Source of the DNA: a virus | IMG/VR virus record: IMGVR_UViG_3300032241_002679 | Coordinates: 64,001 to 128,000 of that record | Strand: one strand, 5' to 3' | DNA: 64,000 bases | In this document: in pieces, positions 42,137 through 52,090 of the stretch | Layout: each line of letters begins with the position of its first letter | Numbering within the stretch: position 1 is the first letter of the stretch | Program-made: the position numbers and the translations under genes | The notes under the pieces: generated by a model | What the model was told of the DNA's origin: nothing | Seen by the model: only the letters and a program-made list of their open reading frames with translations | Databases searched by the model: none

Positions 42137-43198
42137 TTTTTTTTTAGAAGGAGCAAATTCTTCAATAATATTGTCCATTTCGTTTAATGATTTGGCAATA
42201 CTTAATTTTCCTTTTTTTATTTGTTTAATTGGTTTTTTATCTTCCTCATACATATTTTGTACGGCTTGTTGAATTTCATCTAATTCTTCATCCATATTAA
42301 ATTTATGCATATCAGTTGATATACCCCAACCTTCTTCTTGCATCTTATCAGCACCTCTTGGAATTTCTTTAGAATCTTTATAACCAATAAGAGCGCCATC
42401 TTTATTAACTTTAAACCCATTAATTGCGTCATAAGTACCTATAATTCTACCATTTGAAAGGTTTTTTACTTTATGAATCTCAGGAGTGAATGATTCATCA
42501 GCTTGATCACCAGCATGTTTTCCGCCTAAAGATGGTTCATTATCAATTAATTCTTCTGGCATATAATCTTCATTCTTTTCAAAATTTTCTGGATCTCTAT
42601 CTTGTGCATTAGCTGTTGCGTAATATACACCAATACCTTTTTTATCACCATATTGGTCTTTCATTCTCTTCATAACTTCTTTGTTATATTCGTCCAGAGT
42701 CATACCACATTCGCTACACATTCCTTCATACATTGGAGCCCCACAGCATTCACTCATAGGATGTTCTTCCATATTTCCCTCAGCAGCGAAGCCACTATTC
42801 ATACTATCAAAACCAGCAATATCTTCTTTTAAAAGATTATCGTTTTTTAAAATATCTATATCACCAGTAATATTATAATTTTCATATAGACTATTAAATT
42901 TAAGATTTAATTGTTTTGTTGCTTTGGCATATGAGGAATAGGCGAAGTCTTTTTTATTTTTTAAACCACCAATATATGAAAAATCTTCAATAACTAAGTT
43001 TTTTTTGTTATCAGCTATTTTAATATAATATTCATGATTTTCTCTTACAATGCCATATACTTTACCATCAGGTCCAAGTTTAGTTAATTCAACAACACTA
43101 GTCTTTTTATTTTCAACTATGGGTTGAATACCCATAAGTTCTTTCATACGTTCTGTTATTTGATTTCCCTTTAATCCGATTGGGTTTATTTTATCCAT
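42119..43198 (-). CDS. hypothetical late protein (N-terminal part of frameshift pair)
   Basis: GPDGKVYGIVREN; ends SKKKVYSIR across the A9 run. Confidence 0.75.
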   Translation of the reverse strand: MDKINPIGLKGNQITERMKELMGIQPIVENKKTSVVELTKLGPDGKVYGIVRENHEYYIKIADNKKNLVIEDFSYIGGLKNKKDFAYSSYAKATKQLNLKFNSLYENYNITGDIDILKNDNLLKEDIAGFDSMNSGFAAEGNMEEHPMSECCGAPMYEGMCSECGMTLDEYNKEVMKRMKDQYGDKKGIGVYYATANAQDRDPENFEKNEDYMPEELIDNEPSLGGKHAGDQADESFTPEIHKVKNLSNGRIIGTYDAINGFKVNKDGALIGYKDSKEIPRGADKMQEEGWGISTDMHKFNMDEELDEIQQAVQNMYEEDKKPIKQIKKGKLSIAKSLNEMDNIIEEFAPSKKKVYSIR

Positions 43199-43241
43199 AA
43201 TCTTTTATTTTAATATAAATATCTGTTTTTCTTATTAAAGT

Positions 43242-43487
43242 TTAGTAAACATATGGGCTTCCTGTTCTATTATCAATTGTTTCACCGAGTAAATAACACG
43301 CCCCTGTACCACCACTTATACTATTTATTTTAATTTTAATAGATGAAGCTGGTGCCATATTTACAGTTACACCATTAATTACTACTGTAGTTGAAACACC
43401 ACAATAAATTTCAGTATAACTATGTGCTGTAAAATTCGCTGAATCTACTGGAACTATAAGCGAATGTATATCATTCATTAATGGCAT
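43242..43487 (-). CDS. small late protein, possibly structural
   Basis: 81 aa beta-rich ORF; late motif at 43503. Confidence 0.6.
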   Translation of the reverse strand: MPLMNDIHSLIVPVDSANFTAHSYTEIYCGVSTTVVINGVTVNMAPASSIKIKINSISGGTGACYLLGETIDNRTGSPYVY

Positions 43488-43521
43488 ATTCTAATTTTTA
43501 TTATAAATATTCAATAAAAAT

Positions 43522-43549
43522 AAAAAAAGCATCTAAAAAGATGCTTTTT
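43522..43549 (-). terminator. intrinsic terminator
   Basis: aaaaagcatct-aaaa-agatgcttttt. Confidence 0.8.
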
Positions 43550-43576
43550 GAAAAATAAGATGTTTATTTTTATAAG

Positions 43577-44320
43577 TTATTCGACTACATATCTGATTCC
43601 ATCAACAACCAACCATTTAATTTCATTGATATTGACTTTTCTCACATTTGATCCCCTACCATCGTCAATAATGTCCATATCAATAACATCGTAAAAACCA
43701 TTAGTTGAGGAAAATTGTACTTTATAACCCCTTAGAATTCTTTCATCACCCTTTTCAATGGACAATACTGGATTTTCTTGGATTTGTTTAAAAGCTTCCT
43801 CGAGAGTCACTTTACCACTACTAATGTTTGTTAAAGCTTCTTGGATTTGTTTTTCTTTTGCAGTGTTAAAAGCTTTTTTAGTCAATTCCTTACCCTTTTT
43901 ATCAAAGCATACTGAGAATACCCTAGTTGTATGAATGTCCGCCCATAGGTTCCTAATACCCTTTAATTTGATATCTCCTTCTCTTACAGTAGAGTCAGCC
44001 TCTAATTGACCTTTATTTTTAGCTTCGTCAATTTGTTTTTGTGTCCATAATTTATCCTCACGACCTACACTGACTTCTTCAGAATATTGATCCGCTGTTG
44101 TCAATAATTCAGATACATATTTGCTATCCAAATTAACTACTTGATTTGATTCTAGGTGTCTGAACTGATAATTAGTAACAATATTTCCATTGTTATCTAA
44201 ACCTGCGTTTTTGTTACCTAAGTAGACATAATGACTTTCTTCGCTGAATACATCGCCTACTTCCATTTCATTAATTTTAATGAGATTTTTCTTTGTTTGT
44301 TTTTCTGTTTGTGTGTTCAT
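43577..44320 (-). CDS. hypothetical protein
   Basis: 247 aa ORF. Confidence 0.7.
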   Translation of the reverse strand: MNTQTEKQTKKNLIKINEMEVGDVFSEESHYVYLGNKNAGLDNNGNIVTNYQFRHLESNQVVNLDSKYVSELLTTADQYSEEVSVGREDKLWTQKQIDEAKNKGQLEADSTVREGDIKLKGIRNLWADIHTTRVFSVCFDKKGKELTKKAFNTAKEKQIQEALTNISSGKVTLEEAFKQIQENPVLSIEKGDERILRGYKVQFSSTNGFYDVIDMDIIDDGRGSNVRKVNINEIKWLVVDGIRYVVE

Positions 44321-44327
44321 ATATATA

Positions 44328-45053
44328 TTATTTTTTTTCTTCTACTGTCTTAGTGTAAAAATCTTGAGTAACCTCTTCGCCCCTAGATACTGATTTAGAA
44401 TACATCATTCTAGCTTTTTTTGTATTATCATAAGACATTTTAATACTCGATGCTGTATTCATATGGGTTAGGGTATTTGATTCCTTTAAATTAAGTATAT
44501 CAACAGCATACTTGACTTCTGACTTTGTACCCATAAATGTAATTGTAAATCCTTCTTTTTCATATTGTTTAATCATATCGCCCAATATTTTTTGACCATT
44601 ATATCCGCCATAAGTTCCTCTTGATGAATTTTCTTCACCATCTGTAAAAATATTAATAAGAACTTTATCAGATTCTGAATACTTTGTTTTTCGAGCAAGA
44701 TGTATATATTCCAATGTCTCGCCAATTGCTTGATTTAATGGTGTTGAGCCACCAGTACCCATACCCCCGTATGTATCTGGAATAGTATTTAATATATCCA
44801 AGATTCTTTTAATTGATGACCCCTCAAATTCAACAACTGTCACTGTATTATCAGTATCAGTATCTGTTTTTATATCTTTAAGAAGTTCATTAACGCCATC
44901 AATTGCATTTGAATACTTACTACCAGTCATGCTGCCAGATGCATCAATAATGAATACATTATGTATTCGTGGTTTTTGACTGTTTAATGGAATGTTGACT
45001 GTAACTTTATTGTCAACTAAATTTGGATTGCGTTTTGCGCCCTTTACTCTCAT
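44328..45053 (-). CDS. von Willebrand factor A domain protein
   Basis: MIDAS motif DASGSM, GSTPL, TDGEEN. Confidence 0.9.
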   Translation of the reverse strand: MRVKGAKRNPNLVDNKVTVNIPLNSQKPRIHNVFIIDASGSMTGSKYSNAIDGVNELLKDIKTDTDTDNTVTVVEFEGSSIKRILDILNTIPDTYGGMGTGGSTPLNQAIGETLEYIHLARKTKYSESDKVLINIFTDGEENSSRGTYGGYNGQKILGDMIKQYEKEGFTITFMGTKSEVKYAVDILNLKESNTLTHMNTASSIKMSYDNTKKARMMYSKSVSRGEEVTQDFYTKTVEEKK

Positions 45054-45093
45054 GTTTAAATTTTTAATGAAAAATATCTTATTTATGTATAAT

Positions 45094-45125
45094 CAAATAT
45101 ACATAATATATTCATAAAAGTCAAG
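45094..45125 (-). promoter_or_regulatory. Bacteroidota-type promoter for the VWA operon
   Basis: cTTG-N20-TATATTTG on minus strand. Confidence 0.7.
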
Positions 45126-45129
45126 TAAA

Positions 45130-45885
45130 TTATAAAGAAAAAACACTGAAATTGTTATCAAAATCCAGCAAAATAGCGGTTCTATTTTCAACCCAATCGC
45201 CACTATTTAAATAGTGTGAGTTATTTATTATACGGTCAGCTGGCTGATGTATATGGCCACAAATAACGCCATAACAATTATTTTTTTGTGCCATTTTAAT
45301 AGCATTGATTTCAAAATCATTTATATAGTTTGTAGCAGATTTAACACCAGATTTAATATCCTTTGATATCGATTTATATGGTAATTTTTTCCATTCACGA
45401 TATCTATTATACCATCTATTAATCCATAATGCTAAATCATAGCCAATACTTCCTATTTTAGCAAGCCATTTATACTTAGTTATAAAGACATCTATTACAT
45501 CACCATGAAAAATATAATAATGTTTGGGGATCATTGTGTCATAACTATCCCATACAAAATTTTCTAATCTATAATCTTCACAAATTTCAATATTTCCCAA
45601 TTTAGAACCAATAAAATCTTTTAAAAAATCATCGTGATTTCCACGAATCCAAACGACATTTGTTTTTTTTGAATATTTAAGAAGTTTTGCGATAACTTTA
45701 ATGTGATGGTTTTTTAATTTTGAACCTCTTTTAATAGCCCAACCATCAATAATATCACCATTTAATATTAATAAATCGGTTGAATGTGTTTCCAAAAATT
45801 GTAAAAATTCTTTAGCTTTTGAATCTTTAGTACCTAAATGTAAATCAGATACAATAATAGCTTTATATTTATTTTTTATTTCCAA
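45130..45885 (-). CDS. LpxH/PlcP-like metallophosphoesterase
   Basis: SDLHLG, GDIIDGW, GNHD, HGD, CGHIH, NSGDWVE. Confidence 0.88.
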   Translation of the reverse strand: MEIKNKYKAIIVSDLHLGTKDSKAKEFLQFLETHSTDLLILNGDIIDGWAIKRGSKLKNHHIKVIAKLLKYSKKTNVVWIRGNHDDFLKDFIGSKLGNIEICEDYRLENFVWDSYDTMIPKHYYIFHGDVIDVFITKYKWLAKIGSIGYDLALWINRWYNRYREWKKLPYKSISKDIKSGVKSATNYINDFEINAIKMAQKNNCYGVICGHIHQPADRIINNSHYLNSGDWVENRTAILLDFDNNFSVFSL

Positions 45886-46574
45886 TAATTATAATCTTTT
45901 TTAAACCAATCTTCATTATTTCTATTCCACCAACTTAAAAACATTATTTTAATCATATACCATATACCTTTCTTTTTAAATCGTCTATCTGTAGTATAAA
46001 CATAACGATTAATGATTTTAAATTTTCTTGGTTTAATCTTCGAACTAATACGATAGTCCTCAGCAATTTTATCTTTTTCATCAAATCCTCCTAATTTATT
46101 AAATGTCTCTGTCTTAAATAACATAAAACCACCGACAGCAAATGGACGAGTTATTGAAGTTATTTTTTGTATTGTATCAAATACACGATAAACCCAATTA
46201 TAACCCTTACCAATTGTTCTAAATTTACATGTAATTAAATCATAATCGCCATTAATTGCAGTAAATAAACAATTTTTAATTAAATATTTATCTGTAATAA
46301 AAATGTCCGCATCTAAAAACAAAACATAAGGTGTCTTAACTAATTTAGCCCCATTATTACGAGCTACACTAGGTAAGCCACCTTTTATTATTTTAATTAA
46401 TCTATGTGAACGTTGAACAAAATCATATAATGATTTAATTGATAATATATCATCACTTGAATCGGCTATAATAATTTGACAATCCAGACGCTGTCTAAAA
46501 ATAAGTTTCAAAACATTAATAATGTTTACCCCCTCATTTTTACATGGTATTACTATCGTTAAATCTTTATTCAT
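45876..46574 (-). CDS. GT2 glycosyltransferase
   Basis: IVIPCKNE, ARNNGA, FLDAD, GGFDE..AED. Confidence 0.9.
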   Translation of the reverse strand: MNKDLTIVIPCKNEGVNIINVLKLIFRQRLDCQIIIADSSDDILSIKSLYDFVQRSHRLIKIIKGGLPSVARNNGAKLVKTPYVLFLDADIFITDKYLIKNCLFTAINGDYDLITCKFRTIGKGYNWVYRVFDTIQKITSITRPFAVGGFMLFKTETFNKLGGFDEKDKIAEDYRISSKIKPRKFKIINRYVYTTDRRFKKKGIWYMIKIMFLSWWNRNNEDWFKKDYNYWK

Positions 46575-46575
46575 T

Positions 46576-48522
46576 TTATTTTATTAATGATATTGTCCAG
46601 AAGTCACTTGCGTAGTCTGAACTACATAAATATGAAGCTGGTATTTTAAAATAACCGCCTAATCCCCAATTAGTACCCCAAGAATTACGCATCATGAACA
46701 TATCTTCTTCTTTAATATAACCGACAACAGCTATTGCATGACCACCTACCATACTCTCAGTATTAATATCTGGCATTGGTACAATACCAGTCTGAGCAAC
46801 TTCTTGACTCATAAAACTTTCAAAGACACTTATGCCACAACTAATTGGAAATCCCTGTAATAAAGCATTAACTAATAATTGTTTATTTGTGTTATCGATA
46901 GATTTATATTGCAATGCCTCAAATTGTTTAGCTGAATTAATTGCTTCATCACTCGGTTTAATAGTAAATTGATTAATATTGTATGGCCATAAATCCTCAG
47001 ATGAAACACCATTTTGAGCTATTACTTTAATTCCATCACGAATAACGGCACCAGCATCACTATTAACAGTTCCTTCCATGAGTCTTTCAAAATAATAAAT
47101 AAAAAGTCTTGATGGTTGAAATGGAGTTTGATTTAGTGTAGTATGTTTATTTAACAAATCAAAATGTACCAAAAAAGCAAGTGAATTAGCTGTACAATTA
47201 TGTACAAAAACACCAGACTCTAAGGCAAAATTATGGTACTTATCAACTGTTAAGCAATAAACATCAATTTTTTTATCTAGTTTTTTTATATTAACTATTT
47301 TATGGTTATAATTTATTGCGGACTCCTCAAGTTCTTCTATTGAATTAAAGAATTTTTCTATCGTTGTAAACTTGTAAAAATTATGTATACCACTACTTTC
47401 TTTTTTTTCTAACCAATTTTTTTCGTTAATTTCTTTGTTTTCATCAATTAATTCTTTAGCCCATTTGACCAATAATTTCTTTGTCGTATTTTTTCCTAAA
47501 TATGTTTTTCCTAAATTAATATATTTTTCTTTATTAAAATCATTACTCAATAGATTGGCCATTACTTTTTTTCCATTGATAATTTGTCTTTCTTTAATTT
47601 CAGGATTTTTTAAAGTATTTTTTAATGTTTTATTAGCCTTATCTCTTGACTCTTTAGTATGGCCAATTAATAAATTATTTTTAATTTGTTCTAATCTTTT
47701 AGGTTCATTTTTTGCTTTTTCCCAAGCCATTTTGCCACCCTTAGAACAATTTTCTAAATTCCACTCTGGATTTTTTTCATATCTCTCTTGCATTATTTTT
47801 CTCGAATGTTCTCTTTGAGCATCAGTACCGTTCCAACTAGTATTATGAAATATTTTATGTTCGTTTTCACCCATCCATTCTAAATTATCTGGTGTATTAT
47901 CAAATTTATTAAAATTTTTATGGTGTGTAACTAAATATTTATCTGATTTTTCCTCTATCCTTTCTTTAACAATTTTTTTATAACCTAAATTTATTTTTTC
48001 GTTTATCGTAGTATGTACATATTTCCATTTATTTAAATTATTATCAAAATATTGTTCATAACCAAGAGGACCGACTTTTAGATAGTTCGGCATTAAGGAT
48101 TCATTTGGCATTATATCTATAACTCTTTTAAAGCTACCATCCCTCATCATAAATTCATGGTCAGGGGTACAAATAATTTTAGCCCCATTATCTAGAGTAA
48201 CTTCAACGACTTCTTTATTTTTACCAGTTAAATTAGCCCTAGCTTTACCAGCAGTTAATGAACCATTTTCATCGGCTGAATATACATAAAAATCTTTTCC
48301 GTTTTCATAAAGTTCTTTAAGTGTTTTTATTGTCCCATCAAGTAATTTAATTTTAGTTTCACCAGCAAAACATGAACCTAATTGTCCTTGGTCATAAGGC
48401 GTTGGTAATACATACTTATCTGATAATAAAACTGTCTGTATTGGCTTTAAAAGCTCTACACTGAATTTAATGTCACGAGGATCTGGTTTTTGTGGTAACC
48501 AACCCAATTTTTTCTGTATCAT
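46576..48522 (-). CDS. papain-family (C1A) cysteine peptidase with intein (256 aa spliced)
   Basis: DQGQLGS|C, SRLFIYY, GGHAI, RNSWG. Confidence 0.92.
   Translation of the reverse strand: MIQKKLGWLPQKPDPRDIKFSVELLKPIQTVLLSDKYVLPTPYDQGQLGSCFAGETKIKLLDGTIKTLKELYENGKDFYVYSADENGSLTAGKARANLTGKNKEVVEVTLDNGAKIICTPDHEFMMRDGSFKRVIDIMPNESLMPNYLKVGPLGYEQYFDNNLNKWKYVHTTINEKINLGYKKIVKERIEEKSDKYLVTHHKNFNKFDNTPDNLEWMGENEHKIFHNTSWNGTDAQREHSRKIMQERYEKNPEWNLENCSKGGKMAWEKAKNEPKRLEQIKNNLLIGHTKESRDKANKTLKNTLKNPEIKERQIINGKKVMANLLSNDFNKEKYINLGKTYLGKNTTKKLLVKWAKELIDENKEINEKNWLEKKESSGIHNFYKFTTIEKFFNSIEELEESAINYNHKIVNIKKLDKKIDVYCLTVDKYHNFALESGVFVHNCTANSLAFLVHFDLLNKHTTLNQTPFQPSRLFIYYFERLMEGTVNSDAGAVIRDGIKVIAQNGVSSEDLWPYNINQFTIKPSDEAINSAKQFEALQYKSIDNTNKQLLVNALLQGFPISCGISVFESFMSQEVAQTGIVPMPDINTESMVGGHAIAVVGYIKEEDMFMMRNSWGTNWGLGGYFKIPASYLCSSDYASDFWTISLIK
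47197..48372 (-). mobile_element. intein with HNH endonuclease (392 aa) in papain
   Basis: CFAGET...CTPDH...HHKNFNKFDN...VHN|C. Confidence 0.93.
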
Positions 48523-48593
48523 AATTTATAGGTTTTTCTATAAATATTTCAAATACGAATAAAATTGGGAATAATAATAATTTAACACTAAAT

Positions 48594-48619
48594 AAAAATG
48601 GCCCAAAAATGGGCCATTT
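48594..48619 (-). terminator. intrinsic terminator
   Basis: aaatggccca-aaaa-tgggccattt. Confidence 0.8.
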
Positions 48620-48640
48620 AATAAAAACTTTGAATATTGT

Positions 48641-49609
48641 TTAGAATATCCTATTGAAAAAATTACCAGTGCCTAAAACTAATGTACTTTGACCTATTTC
48701 ATAACCATTATTATATACCGAAATGTTATAATCTCCAGCTATTAAATTTTTCTGTGGTAAAGCAAATTGGATACGTTTTGTTTTTTTAGTCTCAATATTT
48801 ACTGGTATCTTAGTGGTAAATGATTTATCACCATCCTCACGTGTTGTGAATGTACCAGAATTTAAAGTCTCATCAGTAACTACATCACCACTAGGGGTAG
48901 TCAAAACAATGTGTAGCTCAGTCTGTTTGTTTTCTATAATTCTATTGTAGACATCAAATGAAATCAAAAATTCATCAATCTTTTTAGCTACATCACTTCT
49001 TTTTAATTTACCATTGTTCTTCTTGTGTACTGGAACAATAAGAATATTATTTGCGACTAGAGTTGAGGCAACATCCACAGTTTTCTGTAATTGCTCATTA
49101 ACTTGGTTACTCACATTAAGGCTAGAGTCTGATACTTCTTTTTCTTTAATCAAACGTCCATTATTCTCTTTTAAAGTGGCAACTTCAACGTGAAGAGCAC
49201 CAACTTGATTATTCAATTCTTTAATTAAATCCTCAGCCTGTTTCTTTTCAGCATCAGTTAAGTTCTGTTTATTTAACAATGAACGAATTTCATTCTTTAA
49301 CTTAGAAATTTTTGAATTTTTATTATTCAATGCAAGACTTAGCTTATCGTTAAGACTGTTAGCTGAATCCAATCTAATTAATGCGTTATCAAAATTTTTC
49401 TGTAGATCGGTCTTTTCGCTCTCAACTGTGACAATTTTTAATTCTTGCTTAACTGTCTGAATACGTTGACTAGTTATATAGTTATATGCGAAAATAAAAA
49501 CAACTATGTTTAGCAATAATAGGGATATAATTATCCAATAGTTCTGAAAAAAATTCTTTTTGTTTCTCTGAAGTGTTTCCTGTGTAGGAGCGTTTTCTCT
49601 GTTTATCAT
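48641..49609 (-). CDS. membrane-anchored coiled-coil protein with C-terminal Ig-like domain
   Basis: N-terminal TM, heptad repeats, beta-sandwich-like end. Confidence 0.7.
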   Translation of the reverse strand: MINRENAPTQETLQRNKKNFFQNYWIIISLLLLNIVVFIFAYNYITSQRIQTVKQELKIVTVESEKTDLQKNFDNALIRLDSANSLNDKLSLALNNKNSKISKLKNEIRSLLNKQNLTDAEKKQAEDLIKELNNQVGALHVEVATLKENNGRLIKEKEVSDSSLNVSNQVNEQLQKTVDVASTLVANNILIVPVHKKNNGKLKRSDVAKKIDEFLISFDVYNRIIENKQTELHIVLTTPSGDVVTDETLNSGTFTTREDGDKSFTTKIPVNIETKKTKRIQFALPQKNLIAGDYNISVYNNGYEIGQSTLVLGTGNFFNRIF

Positions 49610-49663
49610 ATCATATAAGTTTATGATACTATAACCAAATGTATGCCAATTTTTTTTATGGGC

Positions 49664-49954
49664 CTAATTGGTCACATAATATAAATCCCATTTTTTTGAA
49701 AAATTTATAAATGTCTGGGCAACAAATTCATTTATAGAGTCCCAGTCCCCGAACATTTCCTCTTTCTCCCACCACCAACCTCTAATCTCAGCCAGTTCAT
49801 TAATGTCATTAACAAACTCTAATTGTTTTTCATTCGGTAATGATAACAATAATTCTGAATATTCAAGAATTGATACCACAGAACTTAAATCATGAGTATA
49901 GACCTCACATTCAATAATTGTATTATTTTTTTTGTTTCTTAAAAAATGTACCAT
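49664..49954 (-). CDS. hypothetical protein
   Basis: 96 aa ORF. Confidence 0.6.
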   Translation of the reverse strand: MVHFLRNKKNNTIIECEVYTHDLSSVVSILEYSELLLSLPNEKQLEFVNDINELAEIRGWWWEKEEMFGDWDSINEFVAQTFINFSKKWDLYYVTN

Positions 49955-49965
49955 ATATAGTCAAT

Positions 49966-50397
49966 TTATTTCTTTCCAAAAACTACAATCATACTATCAT
50001 GCATTCCAGCCTTATTCTCGACATATTCACCCTTCGTGTTCATACCTAAAAATTTTACTCTACCCCTAAGAAATCTAATTTCTTCAGCGTTTGGTTTAAT
50101 GTAATCATGAAATAATTTGGTAGATGTACTTACTGGTAAAAGCATGACGCATAATTTACCCCTCTTACTCATTTCAATATCCCTCTTTACAAAAGCTTCC
50201 TTCAATTGTCTTGAATACGGTGGATTAATATAATTTCTTTCGCCCCACTCTATTAATAACCCATCATTCTCTTCAGTTATTTCACCTAGGTTTAATGGAC
50301 ATGGATCGAAGTCAAAATTGAATTCTTTATTTAGCTCGTCATATAAATAAGGTGGAGTTGCCCAATTATCACTATGCTTTAAATTTCTATTTTTCAA
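49966..50397 (-). CDS. phage DNA N6-adenine methyltransferase (Dam-like)
   Basis: WATP, FDFDPC, YINPPYS, IRFLRGRVKF. Confidence 0.85.
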   Translation of the reverse strand: MKNRNLKHSDNWATPPYLYDELNKEFNFDFDPCPLNLGEITEENDGLLIEWGERNYINPPYSRQLKEAFVKRDIEMSKRGKLCVMLLPVSTSTKLFHDYIKPNAEEIRFLRGRVKFLGMNTKGEYVENKAGMHDSMIVVFGKK

Positions 50398-50451
50398 GTT
50401 TTTATTGTATTTTAATTAAGATATTGAATATTTATTAATAAAATAATTTTA

Positions 50452-50572
50452 ATGGCAACAACAGCAAATTCACCCTATAAAGTCTCCTTTGGTAGAAGAA
50501 AAGGCGGCAAGGCTAAAAAATCATATAATAAACACGAATCTAAAAAAACAATATAGAGGCCAAGGTCGCTAA
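50452..50572 (+). CDS. small basic late peptide (34 aa; +1 frame continues to YRGQGR)
   Basis: TATTTAT 50429, ATG 50452, TAG 50554-56; +1 frame ends at TAA 50572. Confidence 0.55.
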
Positions 50573-51342
50573 TTACTTAATGGTGCTTTAATTGCTGGAT
50601 GAGATTTATAATTATCTAATTTGAAATCATCTGGGTTTAAATGGTTATATAGTGATTGATCCCCTGATAATGATTTATAAAAAACATCTGTCTTACAATG
50701 TACTAATTTTGGTAATTCAAATGGCATCCTATTAGAATAGGGGATATTATTACAATTCATCCACCAATTAATTATTCCTTCAGTAAATGGACTTAAATTT
50801 CCAAACTCATCTCTTTGTTTTTCCGTTAAAAACTCTCTACGTTCTTCCCAAGATAATTTACCAATTTGCTCCTTAGCTTGTTCAATATGATTTAGGTATA
50901 AATGAGTGTCACCTAAATTACCAATCAATTCATCAGGCACCATATTCACAATTTTTGCAATAATCTCTAACAGTAAACCATAAGATGCTATGTTAAACGG
51001 CAAACCGAGAAAAGTATCGATGCTTCTCATATTGAATATCAAAGAGATTGCTCTGTATTTTCCAGGATTAACTATTTTTTCATCCCTTGTGGTTGGTCTG
51101 GTATAAACTTGAAATCCGTAATGACAAGGCGGTAAAGTCATTTCTGTTAGGTCATTGACTGCCCACGCATTAACAATTAACCTACGAGAATCTGGATTTT
51201 CTTTTAATTGTTTAATCAAATCAGATATTTGGTCTATACCTTTGTTTCCAAATTCTTTATTGAACTCAGCATCGGTTTCTAACTTTTTTAAGAACTCTTC
51301 CTTCGTAAAAGGTGTCCCATCTTCGTGTGTGTATTTATTCAT
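50569..51342 (-). CDS. thyA: thymidylate synthase, C-terminal fragment
   Basis: IDQI, PDSRR, LPPCH, RSIDTFLGLPFN, DTHLY. Confidence 0.93.
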   Translation of the reverse strand: MNKYTHEDGTPFTKEEFLKKLETDAEFNKEFGNKGIDQISDLIKQLKENPDSRRLIVNAWAVNDLTEMTLPPCHYGFQVYTRPTTRDEKIVNPGKYRAISLIFNMRSIDTFLGLPFNIASYGLLLEIIAKIVNMVPDELIGNLGDTHLYLNHIEQAKEQIGKLSWEERREFLTEKQRDEFGNLSPFTEGIINWWMNCNNIPYSNRMPFELPKLVHCKTDVFYKSLSGDQSLYNHLNPDDFKLDNYKSHPAIKAPLSN

Positions 51343-51346
51343 AACT

Positions 51347-52039
51347 TTAATTTATATAATACCAATTTTTATACCTCTCTTTGAATTTTTCTGAACGAAA
51401 TCTATTTAATAATCTATCTCGCATAGTACATTCATTTATATTGAAAAAATCCGCAGCTTCCTTTGCCGATTCAAATTCAACACCATCTATTGAACATCTT
51501 TTGTTTGACGTGGACGGTAATTTCTTTCCTTCATATTTTTTTTGTTTATCATTATTGGCCTTGGTTGATATATGATATCCATTAAACCGACCAGGTAACC
51601 AACCTTCTAATTTAATTCTTTCATCATTTGGGAAAGTTCTTAAATTAGTCCCATTTAATTTATGATACCATTTGGTTCCAGTTAATCTTTCTTTAATTGA
51701 ACTTATTTGGGTTTCAGATGGTTTAAATTTTTGCCAAACTTCTAACATTTGATGTTTAGCATATTCATATATTCGAGATGAAGGTCTATACCTTTTCTGA
51801 TTGTCAGAAGAACGACACATTGACCAAAAAGAATATCGTAAATCTGTATTATTGGGATACATTTCGTGTAATAACCAATGACATAGAAAATGCTCTCTTG
51901 CTGTTAGTTTTACTATGTTATCTGAATTATTAGTTCCATTCATACATTTTGGGATTATGTGATGTTTTTCTGAATATCCACCCAAATTTCTACTTTTTGC
52001 TCTTTCAATTATTTGATTGTAAATTTTTCTGTAGTTCAT
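51347..52039 (-). mobile_element. free-standing HNH endonuclease interrupting thyA
   Basis: EKHHIIPKCMNG...NIVKLTAREHFLCH; C-terminal NUMOD1/HTH-like; own TATTTAT at 52063. Confidence 0.88.
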
Positions 52040-52090
52040 ATATTCTCCATTGATTACCGTATATAAATATGGTAAAAAATAGAAAACATA

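Noticed and set aside
51343-52090. Group I intron in thyA, like T4 td
   Set aside because: Only 51 and 4 non-coding nt flank the HNH ORF, no P/Q/R/S core is visible, and both halves have their own starts and stops.
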